Assembly (NCBI GenBank): GCA_964016885.1
Contig: OZ024742.1
Span: 94,054,001 to 94,118,000, forward strand
DNA: 64,000 nucleotides
DNA from: Eledone cirrhosa
Taxonomy: Eukaryota
Reading direction: 5' to 3'
Translations under genes and position numbers: made by a program
Notes under the pieces: generated by a model
Database searches by the model: none
What the model was told of the DNA's origin: nothing
Seen by the model: only the letters and a program-made list of their open reading frames with translations
Shown here: one piece after another, positions 42,044 through 56,015 of the stretch
Layout: each line of letters opens with the position of its first letter
Numbering within the stretch: the first letter of the stretch is position 1

Positions 42044-42329
42044 CTCCGCTAGCTAAACGCCTTCAGCCAGTTGACCGTATTTTCTCTTGTAATCTTAATT
42101 GAATTATTTCATTTCTCTTGGCATGTCAGCTTAATCACTTCTCAACCTTTGTTAATAAATAATGTAAAAACAAGCTAAAAGTCGTTGTCCATATACGCTA
42201 TCATATCTTTCTACCAAACCTGGTTCCTCGTGGCGACATTACAACCCTCTAAAATACTTCTCCGCTAAATTGGTGACAATATGCCTCAACCAAATTGGTG
42301 ACTTATATTCAACAAAGAGAAACATTACC

Positions 42330-43098
42330 TTTCCTTTAAATGCTTTATAAATCTTTCATGCGGTTTTTGAAAATATCAAATGGGTTTGTCTGTTTTAATG
42401 GGTGATTTTGTAACAAGGTGATCTCGGAATCGATTAGGTTTCATCACTTTGTTTGAAAATATCTTTTCACATCGGAAAGTCGTTTATTTGCGGTAGATTC
42501 ATTAAAATCGAACTTCAGATACACAGGTGTATATCCACTTGCATGCTTTTTTTTTCATGAATGCTTTCGACAGGACTGTCGTTATTTTTTTTTAACATTT
42601 TAGATAACCGCAAATCAATTAATAAAATGTTCTACAAATCATATACATATCCAACCACATACCAGATTGAATTGGTATTATCACGTTCTACAGGATGACA
42701 AATTGTATTCAAATAGGCTTTCAGTCAATAAAACTTAATGAATGTACGTCTTCAAATAAAGAAAAGCATCTCGAAATCAAAATCGCAAAGTATTGCCGGA
42801 GAAGAATACATCATACGTATGTGTTGTCCTATTTTTGCAACGATTTTCATCTTTACACACACGAAAGAAAGAAAACAAAATGAGGCTGTCATGGAAATCT
42901 GAAGCTCTTTCGGGGTTACAAGACAGTTACAGAATTTACACACGGTTCAAAAATCATTCAATCATGATACACCAATAACAAGTGAAACACACCATTGCTT
43001 ATATAAGTCCTTCCAGTACCCAGAATAAGTCTGCTGCTCCTCCCAAAATGTCAATTCTACCACTAGAAGGCCGCACAGCCCAGATTGACAATCATTGA
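42330..43098 (-). mobile_element. hAT (Buster/Charlie-type) 5' remnant
   Basis: YLKFDF and CEKIFSNKVMKPNRFRDHL..DKPI*YF; CAATGATTGTCAATCTGGG TIR-like end at 43098. Confidence 0.6.
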
Positions 43099-43667
43099 TT
43101 TAAACGTTTCTACGGAAATTTGTATTCAGACTATAGGCTTTATACGCTACTAATGAGGTTTTTATGTTTGTGATCAGTGTATGACGTTTAGTTGTTTATT
43201 TTAGCGCTTTGCTCTGTTTTAAGTAATACTTCCGTCATTAGCCAACTATTGTTGAGAGTTATTATGTAAAATATGTTGTCTACTAATGTTTTATTTGCAG
43301 TTTTCTGAATGTTCAGGGTTAGTGCGGTGTTCTATTCTAACTTTTTCTTTTAATTCTCTGATGAGCTCTACATACTGGATCTAGCAGGAACAACTGTCTG
43401 TAATACATTATACCACACACATAAATAGACTGGAAAAACACGGAAACACATGCATATATACATATATAAGTGTGTGTGTGTCTATCCCGAGTTGAATCGG
43501 GGATAACCACAGTAAATAAGGTACTCAATACATAAGTAGAGTGAGAGCATTGGGCAAGTATATTTACCATAGACTTGAGCTGATCTAAGCTGTGAATAGA
43601 CACAATGTGTGTGGAAGGCTTTTATGTGGATTTTACCTGTAATTCAGTGGTTCAGCCTTGTGACATA

Positions 43668-43865
43668 CAAGGGTGGGCTGAAAAGGTCATAGGTTGACTA
43701 TGAAGGAGTGATGCTAGAGCTGTGAAATCTTGCATACATTAATTTCTACTCTTCCTGCTAATAACTGCATTGTTTCTTTCCAGGTACTATGTTGAAAAAT
43801 AAACCTCATTTGGTCATTCCATGAGAGTATTTTGGTCCGCCTATGAAATTTTCAGACGAATCTCG
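43668..43865. mobile_element. Mariner-type MITE (~200 bp)
   Basis: Imperfect TIRs C(A/G)AG.....CTGAAAA..TCATAGG..GAC flanked by TA. Confidence 0.65.
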
Positions 43866-44014
43866 TATTATCATGATGTTTCGAGTAGGGAATTATGTTA
43901 AGAGTACGTGTTTCTGTGAAATACTCAAACAAACACACTAATTCACGAGCTGCAAGTTCAATTGATTGAACAACAAAGTGCGCATCGCCGAAATTGACGG
44001 ATGATCAGCAATCA

Positions 44015-46300
44015 GTAAAAGAACGTTCTACTGGGGTTACTATTGCAGGCATCGTTAGAAAATCTGAAGTGATTCACAACTATATGAAACCATATTTTCC
44101 AACCTGTAGTGGTATATTTTGTGGAGTAAATTTAGGTGCTTATGTTTTAGATCACCAAAGTTGCTATAGTGTATCGTTTTATCATATTTTTCATGTCAAT
44201 CAAGTCATTTAACAGTTTTTTGCTATTTACGTCACTATTGCAAATTTCTGCAAATGACACTCACTTTGTGGTCAAAAGATTTTCCTATGAAGACAAGTAT
44301 TGCCAGGAGAATAAAAAACAAAACGTATCAGAAATGTTGTTTTCATTCTTTTTTGTTAGATCACCAATGACAAAAACAACGATGCCAAAGAAAAAATAGA
44401 TGTTCAAAGTAATGATTCTACATATCTGTCAGGATCCTTTGTCTGGTTTTCATCACTTGACTAGTTCTCTTAAAATGTGTCTTTATCTTTCTCTTCCATT
44501 TGTTTTCGTAGGCAGTTAGGAATATGTTTTCATTCTGTCAGCAGAATGTCAAATTGATCTTACAGCTTCTGCAGATCTTCCATGGATATTTCAATGTTGT
44601 TCACTTCAATATAAACAGCGACATCTTTCACTCTTGTGTCTGTAACACCATGTTGCAGATGTTAATGGGAGCAAGACAGCTGAACCAAATAGATGACATA
44701 TGTGTCTGAAAGACAACATATATTTAATAGCTCTTGCTATTTCACTTGTGCTTTTTGCAGCAGATTTAAATTTCAGATCATCCTGCAGGGCTAATTTGAT
44801 ACAAATGAGATTTGATGTAACTGATTCATGCTATTGATTCTGGATGACCACCAGATACTTGACGTAAGATGCCATATTTGACAACCTGTGTGTTCAATCT
44901 TTTGGGATATGATAAACATTTTTGAAAGTTTCAAAATAGGAAACTGCTTCACTACCACACTTTGTTTAATCAAGGCACACACATTGAGTTAATTTCTAAT
45001 TTAGGTACACGGCCAGCAATTTGTAGGGAGAAAAAAATCTATTATATCGACCTATTTTTTTTACTGCCACTTTATTTTCATGGCTCAAAAAGGATGAAAA
45101 TAGATTTGGTCTTTATATGATTTGAACTTGGAATGCAGAGAGATGGAAGAGATACTACTAAACATTTATGCAATGCTCGAATGACTTAACCAATTTATCA
45201 CCCAACGTACTGAAAAGCTAATGAGAGGATTTTTGATGAAGTCATCTTCTTTGTACTTCCTTGTACTTCCTTGTTGCCGCCATTTTAATATGCCTTGACC
45301 TCTGCAATCTTCCAAGAGAATTGAATTTTTAATTAAAGCTTCCTTCGTTGGGTTTGTAATCTTGTAATCTGTTTTCTCATGAGAGTCTTTAGACGATAGA
45401 TACAGAACTCTCTTTTGAATCTTAAACTTACAATTTCTACACTGAATGTAAAGTGTGATAAATTGTGTCTGTATGACATATGTGGAATCTAATGTTGCAT
45501 CAATTAGTATTGAAAAAGTCATATATCTCCCAAATGAACGCCAAAATAAAATCAAAACTAAACTATCAGGGATATACCATCTATCTTCCATAATATTACC
45601 AAGTTACAAAACACAACACCTGCACAGAAAACCAATGTCCATCACAAATGAGCTTTTCTATTAAATCAGATTACATTTTACCAATATCAAAATGAAAACA
45701 TTAAAAGTTAGAAATTTAAATACATTCTGATATAGAGGTGACAGTCTCCCTCAAGCCACAGCTGTTGCAATTACTAAGTTTCTGTTAACTTTCATCATCT
45801 GGACAAAATGTATTGCAACACGAGGTGGGAACAAATAGAAATAAATTTATATTTGCTTCAGCTGATAAATAATGTTCTTACAACTTTTCTCATTTTTCCT
45901 GGCTTTTTAAAACTCTCTGTCATGAGATGCTAATTAGATAAACGTTTAAACAACACAATGTTATCATTTTGAATGCTGAGATTTAGATGAGAAGTATATA
46001 ATATGCTATCCTCATTCATGCAAAAGTAAAATAATATAAATTAGATGATGTAAAACATTAGTAAACAGTATATGTGCAGAGTCATTAAAATGGTGACTAG
46101 AAGGTTTTGCACTATTCATTCCAACTACCTGTGTTCTGTGCTTTTTGTGTTTAAAGATATTACCTAGAAAGCATTATTGCCCACTAGCACTCAGAAATAT
46201 TTGGGGCAAATTAATATGGACTTTGCGCAACTATAATAATTTTGATTTTCAGTTGGGCAAGATTTCCTGATCTGATTGCTTAACCCCAAAATAGACAAAA
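44015..46300 (-). pseudogene. Decayed hAT (Tip100/ZMYM1-like) transposase, interrupted by a SINE at ~44990-45210
   Basis: FSILIDAT, LEDCRGQG, WWSSRINS, LTMPAIVTPVERSF. Confidence 0.75.
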
Positions 46301-46722
46301 ACTTAAGGTACTATTGAAATTATTAATATTATTAATATAGATGTTGCTATGGATGGTTTTCACAGTGAATATGATAATTACTCGATCTTTTATTACTTGT
46401 CAGGTCTTAAAAAGTACCTTAGACAGACAATCATTTTCTGGGTAAATGTGCAATATCTTTGTTTATATACTCTCTCTATACTCTCTCTGTATAATAATAA
46501 TATTAATTGTTTCTACTTAAGGAACAAGGCCAGCAATTCTGTGGGAGGGGAAAATCGAATAAATCGACCATAGTGAATTACTGGTGCTTTATTTATCGAC
46601 ACCGTAAGGATGAAAGTCAAAGCTAACCTCAGCAAGATTTGAACTGAGAACGTAAATGGCTATAACTCTATGCTGCAAAGCATGTTGTCTGATGCTCCAT
46701 CGTTGCTGCTAGTCTACCGCTT

Positions 46723-46777
<55 letters not shown>

Positions 46778-46779
<2 letters not shown>

Positions 46780-47287
46780 TCTCAATCTTGTGGAACTTTA
46801 GCATCCAAACAGACCGAAAAATAGATGCAAATAGACCTGATATAATATTGAAGGACTTTCAAAGGAGGGTATGCCTGCTAATTGATATGTCTGTTCCAAT
46901 AGACAAGAATGTATCTATAAAAACATTTGAAAAATTGAGCAAGTATAAGGACCTGGAGATAGAAATTGGAAAAATGTGGAAATTGAGAACTAAAACAATA
47001 CCAGTGGTTGTAGGCGCTCTGGGAATGATACCTAAGGGGTCTAACGACTACTTATCCCAAATCCCAGGAAACCCGCGTATAGGAGAAATACAAAAGATAG
47101 TACTAATGGGAACTGCCCATATACTAAGGAAGATCCTGTCAATATAAGTACATCACAAGTCTAAACATTAAGGGTGCATGTGTGAATATGTATGTTCTTT
47201 CTTGAACATGGCGGACCTTGTTGTCTCTTGAGGTCACTGGTTGTGACTTGGTGATAACTCGTATAAACATAAAGCAAGATAAATGCA

Positions 47288-47288
<1 letters not shown>
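46778..47288 (+). mobile_element. 5'-truncated R4/Dong-type LINE (RLE domain and 3' UTR) in (TAA)n
   Basis: NRPDII..LIDMSVP..KLSKYKDL..PVVVGALG; near-identical to 49755-50266; TAA runs on both sides. Confidence 0.9.
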
Positions 47289-47336
<48 letters not shown>

Positions 47337-47339
<3 letters not shown>

Positions 47340-50266
47340 TGAAATAATAAGATGAAAAAACAAAGGAATTCCCACAAGAAATCTACTTGGCAAGAGAACA
47401 TCAATTGCCAAATAAACCTTCTCCGATCTGACAGAAATTTTAACAAACTATAAAGTAGGTGAACATGTTAAACAAACTAAACTTAGAAAATTGAAAAGAA
47501 AGTACAGTATAAAATCAACAAGTGACATAGACATGCTGATAGAAATAATCAAGCAAAAAGTGTCGGCCAAAGCTACTCGTATAAGGCGCTTTGAAAAACG
47601 ATCTAGATTCTATAAGGACAATAATATGTTCAAAGACAACCAAAGAAAAATCTACAGAAAAATTGGTAAGTGAACAATAACTGCTAAATCAATACCACCA
47701 AGGAGGAGTGCAAGAATTCTGGGAAAAGATCTGGGCCGAAGAAAAGTTCATAATATACATGCCCCATGGATAGACAGATAAATGAAAGATACAGCTCACC
47801 TTGAGGAACAAATATGGTAAAATATAACAGGTGAACAGTTGCGTTTCGCTCTAAGAAAAACCAGCAAATGGAAATCCCCAGGAAAAGACAAAATACAAAA
47901 TTTTTGGATAAATGCCTTCACAGAGTCTCATGAGCTGTTAGCCCAACTTTACAATGAAATAGTTAAGGAGCCAGTAAAGATAACATCATGGCTAGTTAAC
48001 GTCATTACATTCCTGCTTCCGAAGAATGATGAGACAAACAATCCCAAAAATTACAGACCGATAACTTGCTTGACTACAATGCATAACATTTTAACATCAG
48101 TCCTAACTGAATATACATATGACCACCTGATAACAAATGACCTATTTCCCATTGAGCAGAAAGGGTGTAAACGAGGCTCATATGGCTGTAAGGATAAGCT
48201 TTTGGTTAACAAAATGATACTGGAAGATTGTCATAATAGACACAATAATCTATCAATTGCTTGGATAGATTATAAAAAAGCATTCGATAGTTTGCCACAC
48301 AGTTGGATTGAAAAATGTTTAGAGATTTTCAAAATATCTCCCGTTGTCAGGAGGTTTTTGTCATTCAGTATGAAGACATGGAAAACGACACTCCTTTTGA
48401 ATAGTGAAACAAAATCACTGGAAGCTGAAGAAGTTAATATTAATTGAGGAATTTTTCAGGGTGACTCTTTATCACCGCTTTTATTCTGCATCGCACTTAT
48501 ACCATTAAGTAAAATGCTCAATGAAAAAAAACATGGATATAAAGTCTATGACAAAACCATTAATCACTTGTTCTACATGGATGACCTGAAACTATTTGCA
48601 AAAAATGATGAACAATTGCAAGGGCTAAAATCACTGTGGAGCAGTTCAGTGATGATATTAAAATGGAGTTTGGACTAGATAAATGCGCCAAAGCAACGTT
48701 CACCAGAGGAAAGCTGCTGAAAAGTTCAGACATTAATCTTGATCGGGGGGAATGTGATAAGAGAACTTGATGAAGAGGAAACTTACAAATATCTAGGTGT
48801 TTGTAAAGGAGACGGAATCAAGCACTCGACAATGAGGGAAAGGATAAGGAAGGAATGTTACCACAGAGTAAGAGCAATCTTAAGAACGGAATTGAATGCA
48901 AGGTATAGGATCGATGCCATAAACACGCTTGCCATACCAGTAGTAACCTACAGTTACAATGTCATCAACTGGTCAGGCACAGAGATCCGTAGGCTCGATA
49001 CAAACATTCGAAAATTCTTAACCATGTACAGAATGCATCACCCTAAGGCAGATACAGATAGAATATATCTCCCTAGGAAAGAAGGAGGACGTGGGTTAAT
49101 CCAGTTAGACATTGCGTTGAAAACTGCAACAATTGGATTATCTACATATCTAAGGGAATCACATGATTGGATGAGCAAACTCGTTTTGAAACACGAAAGC
49201 ATCAAAAGATCATACTCAATTACAAAAGACGCACAAAGATACAGTAATGGACTACAAATTTCAGAAGTCCCATTTACTGCTGAAATGGAAAACACAGAAA
49301 AAGCAAAGCAGGTAAAAGTAACTGCAAAGAAAGAACTGCTACAGAAACTGGCTAAGAAATGGCAAGAAAAGCCTCTGTATGGAAAATACCCAGAACGAGA
49401 TAACAATCCTGATGTTGACAAAACTTTAACCCATCAGTGGTTGGCATCCTCTGGACTGAAATCGGAGACTGAAGGACTGATTATATCAGCACAAGATCAG
49501 TGTCTGCCAACAAAAAATTACCAAGCCAACATAATAAAAAATGGATGCAGCCCATTATGCTGTGTATGTAAAAAACAACCAGAGACCATTGACCATATAA
49601 TTTCAATGTACAGTCCTATAGTTCCAACCGAATACCTAAACAGGCATGACAGAGCTGTACATTACATACATTGGATAATGTGTAAGCATTTTGACCTGCC
49701 ACATCAAAAGAATTGGTGGGAGCATCAACCACCTCCCATACTTGAAAAAGATCACATCTCAATCTTGTGGAACTTTAGCATCCAAACAGACCGAAAAATA
49801 GATGCAAATAGACCTGATATATATTGAAGGACTTTAAAAAGAGGGTATGCCTGCTAATTGATATGTCCGTTCCAATAGACAAGAATGTATCTATAAAAAC
49901 ATTTGAAAAATTGAGCAAGTATAAGGACCTGGAGATAGAAATTGGAAAAATGTGGAAATTGAGAATTAAAACAATACCAGTGGTTGTAGGCGCTCTAGGA
50001 ATGATACCTAAGGGGTTAATGATTACTTATCGCAAATACCAGGAAACCCGCGTATAGGAGAAATACAAAAAATAGTACTAATGGGAACTGCCCATATACT
50101 ATGGAAGATTCTGTCAATATAAGTACATCACAAGTCTAAACCCTTAAAGATACATGTGTGAGTTTGTATGTTCTTTCTTGAACATGGCGGATCTTGTTGT
50201 CTCTTGAGGTCACTAGTTGTGACTTGGTGATAACTCGTATGAACATAAAGCAAGATAAATGCAACT
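47337..50266 (+). mobile_element. R4/Dong-clade non-LTR retrotransposon (RT, CCHC, restriction-like endonuclease), disrupted
   Basis: WKSPGKD, YRPITCL, WIDYKKAFDS, GIFQGDSLSP, YMDDLK, YKYLG, GGRGL, RHD, RPDI; bounded by (TAA)n. Confidence 0.93.
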
Positions 50267-50298
50267 GTAATAATAATAATAATAATTTATTATTATTA

Positions 50299-52235
50299 TG
50301 GTTCATTTTTGTTACTCTCAGATACTTATATGATAAACCATCTGGATCTTTCAACGAAGGAGCAGTCAACAACAAGTAGACAAAAGTCCCTCACTCCATT
50401 CTCTCCTATGTTTTACATAAACAAGACCTTTCATTAAAATCCTTGCTGTACAAAGAAATGTTGTTACCTTCAAGACCTTGCATCAATTCCAATTCTATTT
50501 ACATAGTCCTCAAAACTGTCCGATATACATCCCAATGCTCCGATCATCAATTGAATCATTAAAACCTTCTTTATCCCCCACAAATTTCCAACCCCCTCCT
50601 TCAGTGGCTCATACTTCTCCATCTTTTCATGCTGTTTATCTTTTACTCAACTATCTCCTGGGACAGATAATTTTTGTCTCCGTGTTCTTCTTGTTCACAG
50701 CTAAAATGTTTGGCCTTCTTGCCACAAACAGACTATTGCATTGTATGTGAAGTCCCACAAAAGCTTAAATTCACCAGTCTCTCTCACACCCCTTATGGTC
50801 TCTGGTCATACCATTTAGTTGATCTGAAAAACCTACATTTCTCAGATATCATCCAATGGATATATTTGGTAACAGTATCATGTCATCTTAAAATATAGCT
50901 GACCGTTTCTCCTTTTCTTCCACACATTCTACATAATCGCCAGTTTAATGTTTTGTCAACATAATGTTTAATGCAGTTTTTTCAAAGAGTTTGCTGTTCC
51001 TTTATGTAAAAAGGTGCACTTCCTTAACCAAAGGCGTTGGACCCAACAGGTCCACGAGCTTTCCAATTGGGAATTTATTTTTGCTTGCATGCCTATCATT
51101 CATGTTGTTATTTCAATATCAGTTTTCTTCATATTTGTTTAATTTTTCCCTCATATCCTTCAGCCGTTCATCTTTCTTATTTTGTGGTAACTCATTATCC
51201 CAGTTCTTTGACCAAAACCTTTTGTTTTATTCTGCATCCGGTGTCATTCCTTCTTTCTTACTTTTACCCTCATGGTATTGGTAAACTCTTTTCTGAACAT
51301 TCTGGAACAATCTATTGATTCTATACAGTATTCTTTGTTTAAATCTTCTCAGCTTGGAAGCCTTGGTCTGCATCCTTTATTGCTACTCCTCAATAGCAAC
51401 GTTTATACCTTTCTTCTGTACAATATACCTCTTTTCTATTTCAAGATGTTTATTCTTCTTTTTTTATTTCCTTTCGATTTTTACATTCGAAGATGTTAAT
51501 ATGCCTTCTTAATTCCTTAATTCTTTCTTTCATTCTTCTCTTCCACCATCGTTCCATCCCTTTTTTCCCATTCAGTGGATTTACAAATCCTATTTTCCTT
51601 GCAACAAACACTTCTGTAGCACCAATAAGTTCATTTGTATCAGATGTATTTTCTGTTCTAATGTCTTTCAGCACCTCAATCACCCTCTTTGTCCATTCAT
51701 TCGTAGATGTTCTATCCATTGTCTTCATTCCCTGTATTTGGTTCAGATTACCCTCTTTCATGATCTCAATAATCATCTTCTTATTCTTTTCACTCCTTTC
51801 ATTCTTCTCTAAGATATTGATCATTGACTCTCTTTCAATCTCCTTCTCGTTCACCTCATTTGTTACAATTTCACCAGTCTCATGATCTTCTTCCTCAGCT
51901 GTGACCTCTACAGATATATATCTCCTTATTTCTTCCAATACGATCTCCGTTAACCGACCATTTTCTTTCGAATACTTTGCTTCTGATCACATAGTCTTTG
52001 CTTCGTCACTTTCAACTCTTGTCTCTCCTTCCAGATGTTGTGTTTTGCCTTTTTGTAACTTCTTACAGTCTTCCCCTCCTCATCTGCAGATTGCTAACAG
52101 AATAACACTCCATTACAGCTACATTCTTTGGCCATCCTTTTCTGGCAGTAGTTGACCATGATGTGCACCAATGGAACACCTGCCTAACGAGACATCTTCA
52201 GCATTACTGCCTCCAGCATCATTCACGATGTTACT
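50299..52235 (-). mobile_element. Second, older R4-like LINE with the RT core deleted
   Basis: N-terminal WWKRR region and NWKARGP joined near 50980 to CRMCGRKGETV, HD..YIHW, ARRPNI, EKYEPL, IGALG. Confidence 0.75.
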
Positions 52236-52242
52236 TCTATGA

Positions 52243-52865
52243 GGGCGGTGGATTGACAATATCGGCAGAGCGCCAGACACCATGCTTTGTGGTATAGAGC
52301 TATGACCCTTTACGTTCTGAGTTCAAATTCCGCCAAGGTTAGCTTTGACTTTTATCCTTACGGGATCGATAAAATAAAGCACCAGTAATGCACTGGGGTC
52401 GATTTAATCGATTGTCCCTTCTCCCCAAATTTCTGGCCTTGTGCCTTTTTAGAAATCATTAATATGTGGATTGGCAGTATCGGTAGAGGGTCGGGCGCCA
52501 TGCTTTGCAGCACCGTTACGTCCCTTTACGGACTGAGTTCAAATCCCGCCAAGGTTAACTTTGCCTTTCATCGTTACGGGGTCGATAAAATAAAGTACCA
52601 GTAATACACTGGGATAATTGCTGGCCTTGTGCCAATAGTAGAAACAATTATTATTTTTATCATTAATAAGTGGTGGATTGGCAGTATCGGTAGAATGTCG
52701 GACACCATGCTTCGTAGCATTGAGTTAAGGCCCTTTATTTTCAGAGTTCAAAACCTGCTGAGGTTAGTTTTGCCTTTCATTCTTACGGAGTCGATAAAAT
52801 AAAGCACCAGTAATGCACTGGTGTTTATTTAATCGACTTCCTCCACCCCCTAAATTGCTGGCCAT
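52243..52865 (+). mobile_element. Three head-to-tail tRNA-SINE copies
   Basis: GTGGATTG(G/A)CA.TATCGG heads at ~52248, 52466 and 52673, each with GAGTTCAAA B box and shared core. Confidence 0.85.
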
Positions 52866-54654
52866 TATTATTATTCCGTTCATATGGGGTTGAGTTTGTT
52901 GGCCACATTTGTGGTGTGTCGTGATAATAATGGGATTGATGGTAGTGACATTGACATTATTTTGGCTATTCCGTTCACTGGACACAGAGGGGGGCGTTTG
53001 CCTCCATTTGTAAAAAGAAAACTTGGGGTGGGGTGTCAATTTAGAAAACAAAATTAAATTAAATTAGATAATCGAGCCAAAGGCCTAAATATTGTAGAGT
53101 CTCATTTCTTCGGGACATGGACTGATTCCTTAAGTCCCCCTTCGAACAAAAATTATATCAAAACAAGCGTTTTAAACATGTAAAAAACAACAAGCTTACA
53201 GGAGCGAATCTACAACAATAAATCCACCATGGGCGTTATTATTATCATTATTATTGCAGAAACCTCACCATTTCACACACTAACGATATTTTAGTGGAAC
53301 AAGCACAATCTATGTTTTAAAAGTAAACTTGAAAGTATCAGACTAGGGTAATATATTGGTTAGTTTTGAGTTCTGCTACAGGGAAGAAGCTGGTCAGAGG
53401 GAACAGGCAAACAAACAGATTGGGATTCAGAAACTGGACACCTCTAGACTACTCAGAATTTATCGAGATAATACTTTCATTATTTTATTTTAAATAATAC
53501 AGTTCAAATAAAAATAATTTACATGTCTTCTAGGAGAAATTAAATCCTTAACATTCTTTTTTTAATGTTGATTTTGCACTCATAATTTGTGCTTCTGTGT
53601 GGCACAGATATAGAGGAAATTAAAAGAAAGATTGTAAGTTCAACAATGACTATGGACTATATATCCTTTTAATTCCTACATACGAACAGAAAAAATCTTT
53701 TTCTGATCCTTTTTGTCCAAGTAATACAATAATTATAACATGTCATGTGATTTGAGAATCTGAGTTTGAATTATGATAGAATTCAAACATGACGTATTTC
53801 AAATTCACTAATTAAGAAGACATTTTTGCCAAATATTGAACTCTTCATCTCTTGTTTACCGTGAAATTGTGCTAACCAATACCCAGTATGAGATTTGGCT
53901 AAAAGGGCTGACACCCAGTATGCCATATTCCAGAAACTTAAACATAAGTGAAAATATAGCTAGGGAATATGAGATTTTTATGAAAATAGAAAATATAATA
54001 ACTTATTAAATACATTACTTTTTCAGAAGTCGGCATTAGTCAATAAAGGAATCTCAGCATTATTCTATGTGTAGGCCTGTATTTATATACTTTTACATTT
54101 CATTAAGTTTCATCTGAGCAGGGATAGTGGGAGAGGTAGCAAATGTTTCTAGCAAGGACCAAGTTGGTTTAATCTAGCACATGATTTTATTCTCTATTCC
54201 TCTCAAATTATTCATTGAAATGTTCTAACAAAGTATCATGCATTTACCTACACATGGATTTGTCATGTCACAAAAGGAAGGAGAGAAATACAGAATTATA
54301 TACATTTTATGTATCCAGCAGTCAGGTAAATAAATAGCTGTACTAATAACAATTCTTGCTTAATGTAATTTCACAATCAGCCAGATAAGATGAATCTTCT
54401 TATCATAGTACAATGCACAACATTGTTCAGAAATTAAACTTCTTGTAAGTAAATCCAATGAACCGTTGGAATACATATTTATAACTGATAGAGTGAAGTA
54501 AAGTCAAATGAACCTTCATTGATTTTTCTGAAATGGCCTCCTATTTAAATTGACATGTAAGTGATTGAGTGTTCCTTAGGCATGTATACCCTTAATGTAT
54601 TTCTCAGGGATATTCAACATGGGGCAGTATTAGGCAATGTTTGCCTATTGAATT

Positions 54655-54825
54655 ATATGTATAGTCCATCCAACAGGCTTCCACACACCTTTTGTCTACC
54701 CAGCTTCACAAGACTTGGGTTAACCCAAAGCTATGATAAAATATAGTTGGCTAAGAAGCCACTGACTGATAATGAACCTGGAACCTCATAATTAGAAAGC
54801 AAACCTATTAACCATTCAATCATGC
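54655..54825 (-). mobile_element. Second tRNA-SINE family (related decayed copies ~6330-6470 and ~63005-63145, plus strand)
   Basis: TGGTTAA head and TTGTGA..GGTAGAC..GTGGAAGCC segment. Confidence 0.5.
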
Positions 54826-55699
54826 TACATATATAAGAGTGAAATAACATTATGTGAACCTAGTCAGAAATTGAACTTGCCTTCGATTTGAAGAAACACT
54901 GGTTATAAGTTGTCTCACTGAAAATATATTATATTGATGCTACTAACAAGATTTGTGCTATCTCTAACCACCTTTTATATTTAATGAATACTAAAGTGTT
55001 TTATAGAACATTTCGTACACACGTCAAACACAAAGTAAATAGCTGTATGCTCTTCCCTCAATGTACAAGTCTCCCATGACGTTTTAATGTCACCATCAAT
55101 AAATAAAGATTGGTGATAAAACTCGATTTTACATCAGTAGTTTTGTCAATGCAATAGTGCCAGGAGATTGTTCCATTCTATATTTTTCTCTGATTCTTGA
55201 GAGACCTTTCAGCCAATCTGAATTGTTCTTCTCCGTTGATCTAATTAATCACTGTCTGCTGTATAAAAACACCGTTCACTAGTTCTGGGTTTTCGTCTAA
55301 TGTTGATTGATATTGTAATAGTATGTTGTTGCTGCTTTGTTAGAGTTTAGTGACGACAGCCATACAAATGTAATGGCTGACTGGATAAAGTATAAGAAGA
55401 CTATACCAGCTCAACGTTCAGTTCAAATCAACGAATACAACACTTATCAAAATATATATATCATAATTTGTCGTTTTTGTTGTTATTGTTTAGTCCTAGG
55501 TCAGTCCTGATTGAACAGACCTATAATCAAAGATGAGTTTAAATCAATTGCTACAACATTTACTATAATATATATGTGTATTGTGATTATGGCATTGTTA
55601 TTGTTGTTGTTTAGTCCCAGGTCAGCCCTGGTCAAGCAGATTTATGATCAAAAGTAGTCCCACCATGAACATCCCTCCTTTTTTCAGGTTGTGTTGCTG

Positions 55700-55748
<49 letters not shown>

Positions 55749-55977
55749 ATATATGTATATATATACACACACACACATATTTATCGTTCATTTTCCATGC
55801 TAGCATGGGTTAGACAGGTTGTCCCATTTGACGCAAGTTGGGTCAGGTGACCGTGTCTTCCACATATAGAACTGTTTCTGGCCTGGTTTCTAGGGCTCGA
55901 TGCCCTTCATAACGCCAACCACATTTACAGTGTGGGCTGGGTGCTTTTTGTCATGACACGTATACCACCACTTTGCA

Positions 55978-56010
<33 letters not shown>

Positions 56011-56015
<5 letters not shown>

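Noticed and set aside
52900-55450. Possible host exons in unique-looking stretches (also 60000-61800, 62600-64000)
   Set aside because: No convincing frame or splice pattern; small exons cannot be excluded without RNA-seq
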